From the IMG/VR virus record IMGVR_UViG_3300037418_002568, positions 1-64,000 of that record: a stretch of DNA of 64,000 nt; one strand, given 5' to 3'. The notes below the pieces were generated by a model that made no database searches, was not told the origin of the DNA, and worked only from the letters and a program-made list of their open reading frames with translations. This document shows, one piece after another, positions 20,377-31,561 of the stretch. Source of the stretch: a virus (lineage: Duplodnaviria > Caudoviricetes). Within the stretch, counting starts at the first letter, position 1; each line of letters starts with the position of its first letter. Made by a program: the position numbers and the translations under genes.

Positions 20377-21429
20377 CTAGACGATCTTGTTGAGCGGGTT
20401 CTGCGTCCACTCGTCGCGCACGTCGTAGTACTTGTGCACCGTCGCCGAACCTTCTGCGTGCAGGGTGACCCGGGTGATCTCACCCAACGAGGCACCCGCA
20501 TCCACCGCGCGGGTGACGAACGTGCGCCGACCGGAGTGGCCGGTGTAGCCGACGTTCAACCCTGCACGCCGCTCGGCGTCGGCGATGATCTGCCGAATCG
20601 TCTTCTCCCCGATCCCGTGCGGTGTCAGCGTGTCCGACCGCGACGTCAGCCGGCGGAACGCGGGCCCGGTCGTGATCGCCGCGGCCTGCTGCCACCGCGT
20701 CCACGCCGCCACCGGACAGAGCGGGCTGTCCTGCCGGGGGACGGCCACCGTGCCGGCGCGGCCGCCCTTGATCACACGGATGGCCACGGTCATGCCGCGC
20801 TCGGTGACCTGGATGTCGGGCACCATCAGCCCGATCGGCATCTGCCGGGCATCCAGCCGGGTCGCCAGTTCGCTGCGACGCCGGGCCAGCCCGAACCACA
20901 TGGCCAGCACCGCGGTATCGCGCAGACCGCGCAGAGTGTCGGGCTGGGCGGCCATCATGGCCTCCAGGTGCCCGTCGGCCAGGATCGGGGCCCGTCGCGG
21001 CGGCGCCAGTTCCCCGCGCTGCACCTGCTCGGTCTCCAGCCGGGCCACGGCCTCGGCGACGTGCTGCTTCACCAGCGTGGTCGGCTCGGCGTCGTCTTCG
21101 CGCAGATGGACGTAGATGCCGGCGAGCCGGTTGCGGATCGTGTCGGGCCGGACCCGGCGCTGGGAGTACCAGCCGACGAACCCGATGAGCGCGCCCTCGG
21201 TGTTCGCTGTCGGCGAAATCCCCATCTGTCCGCAGTATTCGCGCCACAGGTTCCAGGCCGCGGCGTAGGTGCGGCGGGTGTTGGCCGGGCGCGCTGTGCG
21301 ACGCAGCTCGGCAGCCAGCTCGTCGAGCTGAGCCAGCCGATCCAGTTCACCACCACCGGAAAACGACGCGACGACATCTATCTGTTCGCCCATTCCGCCC
21401 ATTCTGCCGGGGATCACCGACAGGTCCAA
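20377..21429 (-). CDS. tyrosine recombinase (Cre/XerD-like)
   Basis: N-terminal NTRRTY...W domain; RD...RRRSEL, K, HSGRR, H, Y catalytic residues. Confidence 0.9.
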   Translation of the reverse strand: MDLSVIPGRMGGMGEQIDVVASFSGGGELDRLAQLDELAAELRRTARPANTRRTYAAAWNLWREYCGQMGISPTANTEGALIGFVGWYSQRRVRPDTIRNRLAGIYVHLREDDAEPTTLVKQHVAEAVARLETEQVQRGELAPPRRAPILADGHLEAMMAAQPDTLRGLRDTAVLAMWFGLARRRSELATRLDARQMPIGLMVPDIQVTERGMTVAIRVIKGGRAGTVAVPRQDSPLCPVAAWTRWQQAAAITTGPAFRRLTSRSDTLTPHGIGEKTIRQIIADAERRAGLNVGYTGHSGRRTFVTRAVDAGASLGEITRVTLHAEGSATVHKYYDVRDEWTQNPLNKIV

Positions 21430-21729
21430 CGCAAATCACCCGCCCTGCCCCACTCGGCCTGCAAACCGAAACGCTGTGGGCGGACGGGTGATTCACCTGA
21501 CTTTTCCAACTCGGCCGCTACTCAGGAGATCGAAGGCAGCGACGGCGTCCAGAATACACGAAAACGCCCGCCCCTCCACTCGGGCTGGCACCCGAAAGAC
21601 TGTGGGGGACGGGCGATTCCGGCGTTTGGTCGCCCCGCCTGCCCAAAGGAAGGCAACCGACAACGAAGCTACCCCAGGACCGGATTGTTCGACAGCTTTG
21701 CGGCCAACGTCGGACAAACCGCGGACAAT

Positions 21730-21933
21730 TCAGCTCGCGGCGCGCAGCTCGGACTCCGGGATCAGCGCCCACTGCTCGTCGCGCCGACGCTGATCACGCT
21801 CGGCGCGCTCATGGCCACGACACCGCGGGCCCAGCATCACCTGAACCGACGCGGGCGCGTGGATCCAGTTGCCGCACCGCTTACATCTGCGCGCCAGCCG
21901 AACGTTGTCGCGCGCCTTGTACGTTGTCGCCAT
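21730..21933 (-). CDS. small Zn-finger protein (DUF6011-like)
   Basis: CKRCG...S...LGPRC. Confidence 0.6.
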   Translation of the reverse strand: MATTYKARDNVRLARRCKRCGNWIHAPASVQVMLGPRCRGHERAERDQRRRDEQWALIPESELRAAS

Positions 21934-22024
21934 TGTGGTTCACCGGGCCCCGATCGAATGTGTGTTCATTCAGTCCTCAGTGTGACACGACCGACCGACA
22001 AACTCGAGTCGTAATTTCAGCAGA

Positions 22025-22330
22025 TCAGCTGCCCAGAGCCTTGCGTATAACCTCGGCGTCGATCACGTCCGGGCCTTGGATAAGCCACTCGTCTTCGAAT
22101 TCGAGACCGGTGCGCGGGTCGGCGTCCGCAGCGGCCGACCACTTCTGGAGCCAGACCTGAGTGTGGGGGAAGCCCTTCCCGGCGGCGGCAAGGGCACGTT
22201 GCTGGGCGAATTCGGTGGCGAGACCGCGGGTCTCCGCACCCAGGAACGCTCCGACGGTCTGGGTTTCGTCGGTGTCCGTATGGTGCTCGGTAATCAGGTA
22301 GGCGATCTGCTCATTTCCCACAGTCTTCAT
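22025..22330 (-). CDS. hypothetical protein
   Basis: AAAGGA SD + ATG, in operon. Confidence 0.55.
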   Translation of the reverse strand: MKTVGNEQIAYLITEHHTDTDETQTVGAFLGAETRGLATEFAQQRALAAAGKGFPHTQVWLQKWSAAADADPRTGLEFEDEWLIQGPDVIDAEVIRKALGS

Positions 22331-22341
22331 CCTTTCATCTG

Positions 22342-22761
22342 TCAGGCGGCCGCGTTGAACACGTTGATGTCGGCCTTGCGGGCTCGGGCCATGCAGTCCC
22401 AGGTGCCGATCGAGCCGGGCAGGGGGAACCCGACGCACAGGTTCGCCCCGAGGTCGACCATGGCCTGATTGCGCAGCGAGCCGGCGGCGTTGCCGAACGC
22501 CTCCCACAGGGCACGGTGTGGTTCGGCGGTGATCCGGTATCGCGGGTAGCGGGCGGCGATGGTGGCGGAGCGGGCCCAGCAGTCGGCGATGTAGTCCAGG
22601 CCGGGCCCGCGCCGGGGCCGCCCGTCGGGGGAGGCCCCGTGCACGATGACGAACTCGGTGCCCCGCGGCTGGGCGAGCAGGATCGGGGTGAACACGCGGT
22701 CCACCGTGAGCCAGTCGCTCCAGTTGCGGGATCCGGTGACCAGCAGCCGGAACACGCTCAT
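22342..22761 (-). CDS. SLOG superfamily protein (DUF2493/YspA-like)
   Basis: LLVTGSRNW, IVHGA, AAGSLRNQAMVD, S.GT.DC motifs. Confidence 0.85.
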   Translation of the reverse strand: MSVFRLLVTGSRNWSDWLTVDRVFTPILLAQPRGTEFVIVHGASPDGRPRRGPGLDYIADCWARSATIAARYPRYRITAEPHRALWEAFGNAAGSLRNQAMVDLGANLCVGFPLPGSIGTWDCMARARKADINVFNAAA

Positions 22762-23324
22762 GCCGCGGCGATGACGTCTTCGATCCAGTTGAGTGACACC
22801 GGGGTCAGGTCGTGGGCGTCGACACCGACGTGGATTTCGCGGCCGGAGACCTTGTTCGGGCTGTGGGTGTGGCCGTGGATCAGCCACGCCCCTTCGTCGC
22901 GGAACCGCCACTGCGGGTACCGAACCTCGGCCGTGTGGTCGGCCGAGTACGGGAAGTGTGACAGCAGCACCCGGTGGCCGTGGATCTTGCGCACAGCCGA
23001 CTGCTGGACGGTTTCGAACACCTCGAGGTAGGCGCGCAGCCATTTGTGCGCCTGCGAGTGCATCGGGTGGCACGAGCAGTGGTTGCCCGGGATCAGGTGT
23101 TTGGCGCCGGGCCGGTCGGCGAACCATTGCAGCGCCCGCTCGACGTTGCGTTTGCCCTCCATCGACGTGTCGCCCAGCACCCACACCTGATCGTTGGGTC
23201 GTACGACAGCGTCCCAGGCGGCCGCCAGCGCGGCGTCGTGGCTGGCGGCCTCGTCGAATCCCCGGGTGAGGGCGATGTTGTGGTGGCCCACGTGGTCGTC
23301 ACTCGTGAACCAGAGTTGAGTCAT
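22758..23324 (-). CDS. calcineurin-like metallophosphoesterase
   Basis: SDDHVGH, LGD, GNH, SHFP, HGHTH motifs. Confidence 0.9.
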   Translation of the reverse strand: MTQLWFTSDDHVGHHNIALTRGFDEAASHDAALAAAWDAVVRPNDQVWVLGDTSMEGKRNVERALQWFADRPGAKHLIPGNHCSCHPMHSQAHKWLRAYLEVFETVQQSAVRKIHGHRVLLSHFPYSADHTAEVRYPQWRFRDEGAWLIHGHTHSPNKVSGREIHVGVDAHDLTPVSLNWIEDVIAAA

Positions 23325-23701
23325 GATCGTTTCTTTCGTCGGGGTGGTTCGCCGGTGATGTCGCGGTCGTGACGGTCACACAGCCACGCCGGGCACCAGC
23401 CGACCCAGTGACCGAGGGTGTCGAGCCCTTCGAGCAGAAGGGTGCTCACCTTCACGTCCCGTCGGGGGTCCCAGCAGATCGGCGAGCACCAGCGCGTGTA
23501 GTGCGACTTCTGGTCCGGGAACTTCTCGATGGGCAGCAGCGGGTTTCGCGTCTTCCACGGCAGCCACATCTGCATCCAGTCGTCGCGCCGGAACGCGAGG
23601 GTCAGCATCCCGACCGGGGTGCCGATGTGCAGGCGAGACGCGGCTCCGTTTGTCCTGCATATCGGGTCGTTCCAGCAGGCGTGCAGCGACCACCCTTTCA
23701 C
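23321..23701 (-). CDS. hypothetical protein
   Basis: overlapping start/stop with both neighbours. Confidence 0.45.
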   Translation of the reverse strand: MKGWSLHACWNDPICRTNGAASRLHIGTPVGMLTLAFRRDDWMQMWLPWKTRNPLLPIEKFPDQKSHYTRWCSPICWDPRRDVKVSTLLLEGLDTLGHWVGWCPAWLCDRHDRDITGEPPRRKKRS

Positions 23702-24177
23702 GACGCCGCCACCTCCTCGGCCGGTGCGTCGAGCTCCAGCACGGCCGTGAGCTGATCGGTCACCGCGCCCAGCAACACAAACAGCTGATCGGCCTCGTGA
23801 GGCTCCAGCGCATCGAACACCAGCGACAGCGCGATCGCCTCGACCGTGGGCGTCACGGCCTCAACCACCGCCAGCCCGCCGTCGGTGAGGACGGCATCGA
23901 CGTGACGGCGGCCGCCGGGCACGCCGACCCGGGTCAGCAACTTCTGATCGGCGAGCTTCTTCACCACATGCGAAAGCCGCGACAGAGACGAATCCGTGTG
24001 TCGGGCAAGTACTTTCAACTGCAACGTGCGATCGGGCGCCTCGGCCAGCGCGGCCAGCACCCGATACTCGAAGTGGGTCATCGAGTGCTCGCGCCCCAGT
24101 CCGGTGTCCAGAGCTGCCGGCAACCGCACACTCAGCGTCGTCAGTCTCCGCCACAGCACCTTCTCGATCGGGCTCAT
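23698..24177 (-). CDS. MarR family transcriptional regulator
   Basis: THFEYRVLAAL...SLSRLSHVVKKL...LTDGG. Confidence 0.85.
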   Translation of the reverse strand: MSPIEKVLWRRLTTLSVRLPAALDTGLGREHSMTHFEYRVLAALAEAPDRTLQLKVLARHTDSSLSRLSHVVKKLADQKLLTRVGVPGGRRHVDAVLTDGGLAVVEAVTPTVEAIALSLVFDALEPHEADQLFVLLGAVTDQLTAVLELDAPAEEVAAS

Positions 24178-27100
24178 ACCCGGCCTCCGATTTCCTCGAC
24201 GATCACGTTGGGGGCCAGCGTGATTCCGGTCTGCTCACACAGCTGTTCCAGCTCGATGACAGCGTCGCCGGCGGGGCGTTCGAAGAACCCGACCACCTCC
24301 GGTTCGCCCTCGCGGACTTCGTCGGGGTAGAGGTAGACCACACCGCGGCCGCGTCGGTAGTGCAGATACAGGAACCGGCCGTCACGGCCCCAGGCATCCC
24401 ACTGCGTGGGGCCGGTCTGGATCGCCTTGACGATCGCGATCACGACAGCAGCTCGAGCAGGTCCGCGCCCATCTCGTCGTCGTAGTTGTCGGCGATGACT
24501 TCCTCGGTGCTGACGTCGGGGTTCGTGAGCAGGGACGCGGCGGCGTTGACGACGAAGTTCAGCATGTCCGTGGTGTTTTCGTCGCCCTCGGTGTCGAACA
24601 GTTCGCCGGTCATGTCGACGGCCGCGTTCACGGTCTTGTTGATCTGGTCGGCGGTGTAGGTCGGTTCCAGGGTGGGCGCGCCGTGGGCGTGGGCGTAGAA
24701 GTAGCCGCACCAGAAGGCGGCGAACGCCTTCTGCTCGTCGGTGAGCTGGGGGCATTGCTGGTTGATGGTTCCGACGGCCTTGGCGACGGCGTCGCGGTCG
24801 GCGGGGTCGAAGGTGACCAGGGTTTCGCCCGTGTAGCGGTGAAAGAGGTGGACGGTGCTGTCGGCCTGCTGGATCAGCCAGTCGCCGTCCGGGGACAATT
24901 GAGCCATCGTGTTTCCTTCTCGGTGGGGATGTTGGCGCATCCGGTGGTGTCAACCACCACCAATATTACGTTACATGTACAGGTTTTACAACGATGCCGG
25001 TTCGGTGTCGACGTCGGGCCCGCCCGGGATGAGCCGCAGCTTCGGCCGCGGTGGCGTCGCCTCCCGACCACCCTCCAACGGTTCGGCGCCCGGCCGCGCC
25101 TGCCGGTAAATCTCATCCCAATTCCCGGAGTAGTAGCGGCGCAGCACCCCGCCGGTGTTGGCCGGCGGGACCGGTTTCCCGTTGGCCACCCAATCCCGTT
25201 GCCGCTGCTCGTATTCGGCCCGGCACGGATGCTTGCGGTGCCGGTTACACAGCCCGACCAGAACGGCCTCGCCGGTGAGCGGGTCGCGGTCGAGCCACGT
25301 CTCCGACGTCCGTTTGCCGCACAGGCCCTCACGTCGGATCATCGGCGCCACGCACGTACAGAGGTCGGCCCGCCCCACGGGCTCATACCGGGGGAAATCC
25401 TTGGCGATGACGCTTCTGCTCCAGTACTTCAAGTGGTAGGCGCTGTTGCCGTGGGCCAGCTCCGCGGTCTCGACCGTCCAGTTCCTCAACGACCGGCGGC
25501 CCTGCTCGCGGCGGTTGGCCAGCACCTCGTCCAGGGCCAGACAGAACAGCAGCAGGTCACCGGTCAAGTCGGGGTCGTTGATCATGCGCCGCCGACGCTC
25601 GTCGCGGGCCATGATCGCTTTCAGGTCAGTGGCCATCGCGGTCGAGCAGCGGCGCCACGGTCGGACACGGCCACGGCATGTGGTTCCCGGTGGCCCAGGT
25701 GTGATGCTCGTTGGTTCGGCAACGGACACACCGTGTTTCGTAGCCGTCGCCGTCGTACCGCCTCGCCACGAACGGCGCGTGCTCGTCCAGGATCGCCCTC
25801 ATAGCCTTGTCGTACTTGGCGATCGTGGTCCGGCACCTGTCGTTGATGCTGCGAAGCTCACCGACCTCTTCGGTGAGGTCGGCGTACTCCTCCGCGCTGA
25901 TGAGGCGGCGATTCCACCAACTCACTGTTGTCCCTCCTTGAGCAGCTGTTCGGCGGTGCGGCCGTTGACGATCAGCAGGTGCGCGACCCGCTGAGCCACC
26001 TGCAACGCCGTCGTGAAGTTGAACCGGTACCGCGCCAACCATTCCTCCTCGCCTTCGGCGGGGACCCGGTTGTAGTCGCGCTGGTAGTTGGCGTCGTAGC
26101 ACCAGTGCATGTGCTCGACCGCGTACAGACCGTTCCCGCGGTAGGCGACGCGCACCGTGTAGGCGGGGCAGTCGTCGTGGCTCTCGGGCAAGCACGACAT
26201 CTCCACGACGGCGGTGACGAAGTGCTCGATCACGACTCGTCCTCCACCCACAGCGAAGCCACCACGAATTCCTCACCCGGGCGGGCGTACTCCTTGGCGA
26301 TCTTGCACGACGTGTCGGCGCCGTGGCGATCCAGCACTCCGGCAAGGGTTTCCAGGCCTTGGGGGCGGCGGCGCACCACCACGTGGCCCAGCAGCTCTCT
26401 CATATCCATTTCTCCAGTTCAGTGATGTAGGCCAGCGCGTCTCGCAGCGCGCCCTCCACCGTGACGGCCCCGCCGCGGCCCAAGATGCCGGTCGGGTCGA
26501 TCGTCTGGTACGCGGCGAAGGCCATATCGGCGCACTTGGTGCGCAACGCCTCGATACGGTCGTAGTCCGGTGCCGGCAGGTCGGGCAGCGCCAGATCGAA
26601 ACTGTCGGCCGGGACGCCGGTCATGGAGGCGATCAGGTCGCGGGCCCTCGGCTCGATCTCGTGCCGGCCGCGCGCCTTGGCGGCGCAGTCGATCGCGGGA
26701 ACCTTGATCGCCCACGCCGATTCGTCGCGGAAGACCTCGACGGTGTAGGTCGGTCTTTCGTTGGCGGCCAAGGTGATCCAGCGAGCCCCGTCGTCCAGGT
26801 CTTCGATCAGCTCGAACATCGAAAGCGCGTCGTGGTTGTCGGCGGGGTGTTCTTCATGGGCCCACCATCCGCCGGTCGGGCAGTCGAGCCAACGGATTCG
26901 GCCGTTGCAGCGCACGCAGGTGGAGGTGGTGTCGTCGCTCATCGGGTCGGGTCCGTTTCGGCGAGGGGGCGTTCGTAGGGCCAGTGCCACTCGGGCCAGT
27001 CAGCCGCGGCCGGAACGGTTCTCGGCGGCGGGTCGTGGTGGATGTGGACGTGGAGGAATCGGCGCAGGACAGCGGGGGCGGTCACAGTTCCACGGTTTCG

Positions 27101-29300
27101 TACTTGCCCAGGCGGGTGCCCAGCTCGATGATGCGGGCCTCGTCGCGGCGCTGCTTGCCCGCGATCCGCGCCCATTCCTTCTCGCGCTCGGCGAGGTGGT
27201 AGTCGCGTTCGGCGGCGAACCACGCCGCCCACTGGCGGGCCAGGGTCAGTTCGTCGGTCTCGGGGGTGGTCGGTTCGGTCATCTGGTGTTCGTTTCCTTC
27301 TCGGTGTTGGTGTCCCGGCATTCGGCGCATATGCCGGAGGGGAGGCCGCCGGGCCCGCCGAGTCCGAGGCGGACGGTGACCCGCCGGAAGCGGTGGCAGC
27401 GTTCGCAGAACCCGTGCAGTTCCAACGACTTTCCTTTCGATCAGTAGCAGCGGATGCTGGTCAGCTCGGCGTCGGGGCTCTCCTGGATCCACGCACCGCC
27501 GCCGTTTTCCTGCGCGCGGCGCAGGTCGGCGTAGACCTGCAAGGCCTTGTTCACCACGTCGGTCTGGTTCTCGCCGGCGGCCTTCATGGCGTCGTTGAGG
27601 CCTTGGGTCGCGGGTGCGGAAAGGTTGACCGTGAGTCGTTTGACGTATTTCACTGCGTCGCCTCCTGTGTCTGCCAGCTGCGGGGCTTGAGCACCTTCTC
27701 CATCAGCTCTTCGGCGTAGGTGGTGACGGTGTCGTGGTAGTCGCCCCGGTTGGGGATGGCGTCGTAGACCGTGCCGTCGTTGATGTCGACGCGCAGACGT
27801 TCGGTGTCGCTGGCGTGGGTGTCGATCTGGATCACCATCGCGCCGTCGAGGCTGCTACGGAACGCGGTGATCGTGGCCAGGGCGGTTTCCGATCCGTCGC
27901 CGACGGGATCGGGCCCGTACACCTGCACCTCCCCACCGGGGATGGTCACTTCATTGTTGGGCATGTGTGGCGTATTTCCTTGTGTGTCAATCGTTGTCGT
28001 GTGCCGCAAGCCATCGCTTGGCGCGCTCGTTGGGGCACAACTCGCCCGGCTTGATGTCGTAGAAGTTGTGCATCTGGCAGCTGCCGTTGTGATCGAAGCT
28101 GCACGGCTCGTCGCTGACGGAGATCCCGATCAGCTCGGCGGCCTCTGTGAGGGCTGTGCGGGCGCTGCGCAGTTCGCTGGCGATCGCACGCACCGTCTCG
28201 CCGGGCACTCCCTTGGCTATGGAGTCGATGAGCGCGCCGAGGTCGTGATCGTCGAGATAGGGCGGGCTGTACGGATCAGGCATCGACTGGCGCTTCCGGG
28301 TGCGGCTCCCACTCCAGGCCGCCCTCCCACTCCACGCCGCCGTCGATGGTGGCTTCGTATCGCTGTTCCCACCCCCGCACCCGGAACGTGCCGACCTCGG
28401 TGGGCCTATCGTCGTCGGGGCCCTCGACGTACTGGTAGCCGGTCAGACAGTCGTAGTAGTAGGCCTCGATACCGTCGACGAGTTCGCGCGGACACGTCGG
28501 CAGGTGGTGCACGACGTATTGCGGCTCGTCGCCGTCGAGTTCGACTGTGGCGGTGTGCCATTGGTCGGTGACGCGGGCGCTCACCCGGGGTCCTCCATTT
28601 CGTGTGTCGCTGTGTTGGTGATGTCGGGGCCATCCGGCGGCCGCCTTCGCTGAGACGGCGGCCGCCTGGTGTGGTTGCTCACCGCTGGTCCTCGGGGCCG
28701 AGGATTTCAGCCAGCCCGGCGTCCAGGTCCAGGTGTTGCCCGAGCTCGTCGATCAACGCCTGGTGCCCTTCGCGTAGCCTTTTGTCGACCGCCGCCACCT
28801 CCTCGGCGGTCGGTTCACGCGCTTCGCCGGTGCTGGACACCGCTACGGCCCTTCTGGCGCGCATTGGCTTTGGTCACCTTGCGGGCGGTGGAGCGTTTGG
28901 CCGCGGTTTTGCGGGCCTCGGCCCTCTTCTGTTCCGCCTGCGTTTCGGCTTCCTTCTTGGCCGCCACGTCCGGGGGAAGCGTTTTGGGGGCCTTGAAGCC
29001 TTCCTGCGCGAGCCGGTACGCGCCGAGCGCGAGTTCGTCGACGCCGCCCTTCTGCTGATAGCCGGGCTGGTACTTCATGCGCGTGGTTTCCGACGACATG
29101 AACCGGCCCCACCGGTCGAGCCGGCGGCGGCGTTCGGTGCCGCACTCACGCAGGCAGACGTAGTCGTAGAAGTAGTAGGAGCCGTCGTCCAGGATCTCTT
29201 TGCCCGAGTTGACCGGATCGCTCCACTGGTGGTTTTTCTGGCCCCGGCATTTGAGGCCGACGTCGGGCAGGGCGTTGAAGTTGTTGCGTGGCGTGCTCAT
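24174..29300 (-). other. block of small phage hypothetical genes
   Basis: tightly coupled ORFs, e.g. 24440-24908, 24986-25637, 25922-26236, 26400-26943, 27441-27653 (RHH-like), 27987-28283, 28276-28584, 28815-29300. Confidence 0.55.
24963..24991 (-). promoter_or_regulatory. SigA-type promoter TTGTAA-N17-TAATAT
   Basis: one of four copies of the same consensus, each preceding a CGCCAA hairpin leader. Confidence 0.7.
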
Positions 29301-29740
29301 TCAGGGATCACTCCGTGTGCTCGGTCGTAGGCTTCCTCAATTTCCTTGGGGATACGGCCACCGTTGGGATTGACGTCGTAGTCGTTCTCGATCGCCCACT
29401 CCCTGATACGGGGCCGCTGCCGCGTGGCCACATAGCTGGGGGCGTTGAGGTTTTTCGACGACTTCCTTTTCCCTAGCTGGCCTTCCGGTGGCGGCCCGTC
29501 CACGACATCGACGTGAGTGTTGATAGGGCGGGCGACTTCCAGCTTTCTGGGTTTGCCGACCTTGCGGGCCTTTTCGGCGAAGTCGAGCATCGTCTTGTGG
29601 TACTGCTCCTCGGAGACCGGGCCCAGATCCAGTTCGTAATCTTGGCCCTCGTAGGCGAAACGGACTGTTACGCCTGTTTCTTCGCGCTGGCCGGTCAGGT
29701 CGTCGATGATGTTGATCGTCATCACGTACTGCTGTGCCAT
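29297..29740 (-). CDS. lsr2: Lsr2-like nucleoid protein
   Basis: IIDDLTG...VRF...YELDL N-domain; IREWA...GRIP.EI.EAY C-domain. Confidence 0.88.
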   Translation of the reverse strand: MAQQYVMTINIIDDLTGQREETGVTVRFAYEGQDYELDLGPVSEEQYHKTMLDFAEKARKVGKPRKLEVARPINTHVDVVDGPPPEGQLGKRKSSKNLNAPSYVATRQRPRIREWAIENDYDVNPNGGRIPKEIEEAYDRAHGVIPE

Positions 29741-30335
29741 TGCTATCACTTCCTTTCATGGTGTGTGCGTCGCTGAACCTCGATCGTGATGGTTCACCGT
29801 TGTGTTACCACGAAATCATGAACCATGCGGTTTGCTCAGCGTTTTCGACTCAACTCTCAGCCGAGCCGATTCGATCGGAGAGGGGAACGACCGGCACCCG
29901 GCGCGCGCTGTAGCGGGCAACCCACTCCGCACCGCGGGTGCGGAACACGATGTAATCCGGGTCGGCCGGGCGCGGCCTGTAGATGCGCAACTCCGGGTTG
30001 TCCTGGCGAATCCAGACCATCGCGTCCTGCTCGGATGTGGCTGTGGCGACAGGGATTTCCTTGTCACCGTCCACGGCGGCGATGGCCCACATGTGCTGGG
30101 TCATGCCACGATTCCGAACAGGCCGGGCACGACGATCTTCATCAGGCGCGGGCCTAGGCCGTCGTTGAGGTCGACGAGGACGGTGCCACCGGCCTTGGCC
30201 ACGCAGTACAGGACATGCAGTGTGTCGATGCCCATGTCGCGCAACTGCTCCTCGGTGATGTCGGCGCCGGCGGCGGCGAGCAGTTCGGCAGTCAGCTCCG
30301 CGGTCGACGGTCGCTGGGTCGGGATGGCGACGCTT

Positions 30336-30755
30336 TCATCGTGTGCCATTGGGTTCCTTGTCATTTCGTGGGTTGGTGTTCGGGTCGGCCGCGTGCTCGT
30401 CCTGCACGGCCGCGAGGATGGTGTTGAAGGCGTGTACGTCGCGGCGCAGCCCCTCGTTGACGTACTGCTGTACCTGGTCTTCGGTTGGCCGGTTCTGCAG
30501 CGCGGCCAGCGTCGCCAGTACGCGGTAGTCGTCCGGGTGCAGCCGGAGGGTGAATTTGTGGTTCGCCTGGTCCTGTTGGGCGCGCCGCGCCAACCGCCGG
30601 TGCGACATCTCCTGATCGGCCAGCAAGGTGCCGATTCGGGACACGATCTCGTCTTCGTCGGTGATGTCGAGCAGGTCACATATCTGGCGGGTGAGGTTCG
30701 TCAGGTGGGTGAGTCGGTCGCTGTCGGTGTCCATCCGGTTCTTCTTCTCGCTCAC
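30336..30755 (-). CDS. hypothetical protein with RHH-like segment
   Basis: HKFTLRLHPDDYRVLATLA. Confidence 0.45.
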   Translation of the reverse strand: MSEKKNRMDTDSDRLTHLTNLTRQICDLLDITDEDEIVSRIGTLLADQEMSHRRLARRAQQDQANHKFTLRLHPDDYRVLATLAALQNRPTEDQVQQYVNEGLRRDVHAFNTILAAVQDEHAADPNTNPRNDKEPNGTR

Positions 30756-30975
30756 GGGCGTTCGTTCCAGTACCGGTAGGCCTCGAGCATCGACAGGGGT
30801 GGGTTGGGGTCCCACCGGTAGTGCTCGGGGCTGTCGAGGCCTTCCATCCCGGGCCCTCCGGGCCGGGAGGTCATGCAGGCGTTGATGATCGTGTTGGTGC
30901 GGGTGTCGATGAGGAAGTACTCGGCCATCGGTTGGGTGGTCTTTCGGTGTGGCGGGTGGGTGTGTGGGTGAACAG

Positions 30976-31015
30976 CGCTTGTGTTCCGATAAGGACAGTT
31001 ATCGGAACACAAGCG
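30976..31015. other. dif/lox-like symmetric site (17-bp arms, 6-bp spacer)
   Basis: CGCTTGTGTTCCGATAA-GGACAG-TTATCGGAACACAAGCG, perfect intergenic inverted repeat. Confidence 0.6.
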
Positions 31016-31036
31016 GCTGTTCGAGCGGTGTGAACG

Positions 31037-31561
31037 TCACAGTGACGATTCGCCGTTGGGGTAGAGCAGTTCGTCCTCCACCAGCATCAGGTCGTCCGCG
31101 GCCATCGCGGCGCGCTGCTCCTCGGTCAACCGCAAATCCTCGGGCCAGTCGTAGCCGTCGTCGGCGGCCAATTTCTCGACGAACGCCAGAATTTCGGGAA
31201 ACGTATTGGTGGAATCGAACAGAAGATCGGCGTCGTCGCGGTCGATTCCGAGCAACGTACGCGCCGCCACCGACGGCCGCGCTGCCAGAAACGGCTTCGG
31301 CGAACCTTCGCTCATTTCGAACTGCGTAGGGTGGGCGATGTGACTCAACGCCGAATTCTCCGGCACCACCACGAATTGATCCCAGAGACGATCGTGGAGA
31401 CGCAAGAATTCATACCCCGACGCCACGACCGCGTGGCCCGCAAAGCAATACGACGTTCCGCATTCGTTGATATGCGCCCACATCGCCTGATTCCAGGAGC
31501 GGGGATCGGCTTTGATCCGGCGAATCACCGACTCCATCAACGGCCAGTTACCGACTCTCAT
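31037..31561 (-). CDS. CGTxxCxAGH-motif protein, paralog 3
   Basis: NWPL...IKADP.SW.Q...ECGTSYCFAGHA shared with two upstream ORFs. Confidence 0.75.
   Translation of the reverse strand: MRVGNWPLMESVIRRIKADPRSWNQAMWAHINECGTSYCFAGHAVVASGYEFLRLHDRLWDQFVVVPENSALSHIAHPTQFEMSEGSPKPFLAARPSVAARTLLGIDRDDADLLFDSTNTFPEILAFVEKLAADDGYDWPEDLRLTEEQRAAMAADDLMLVEDELLYPNGESSL

Noticed and set aside
30976-31015. Protelomerase (telRL) site
   Set aside because: It has an asymmetric 6-bp spacer rather than a continuous palindrome, and no protelomerase is visible
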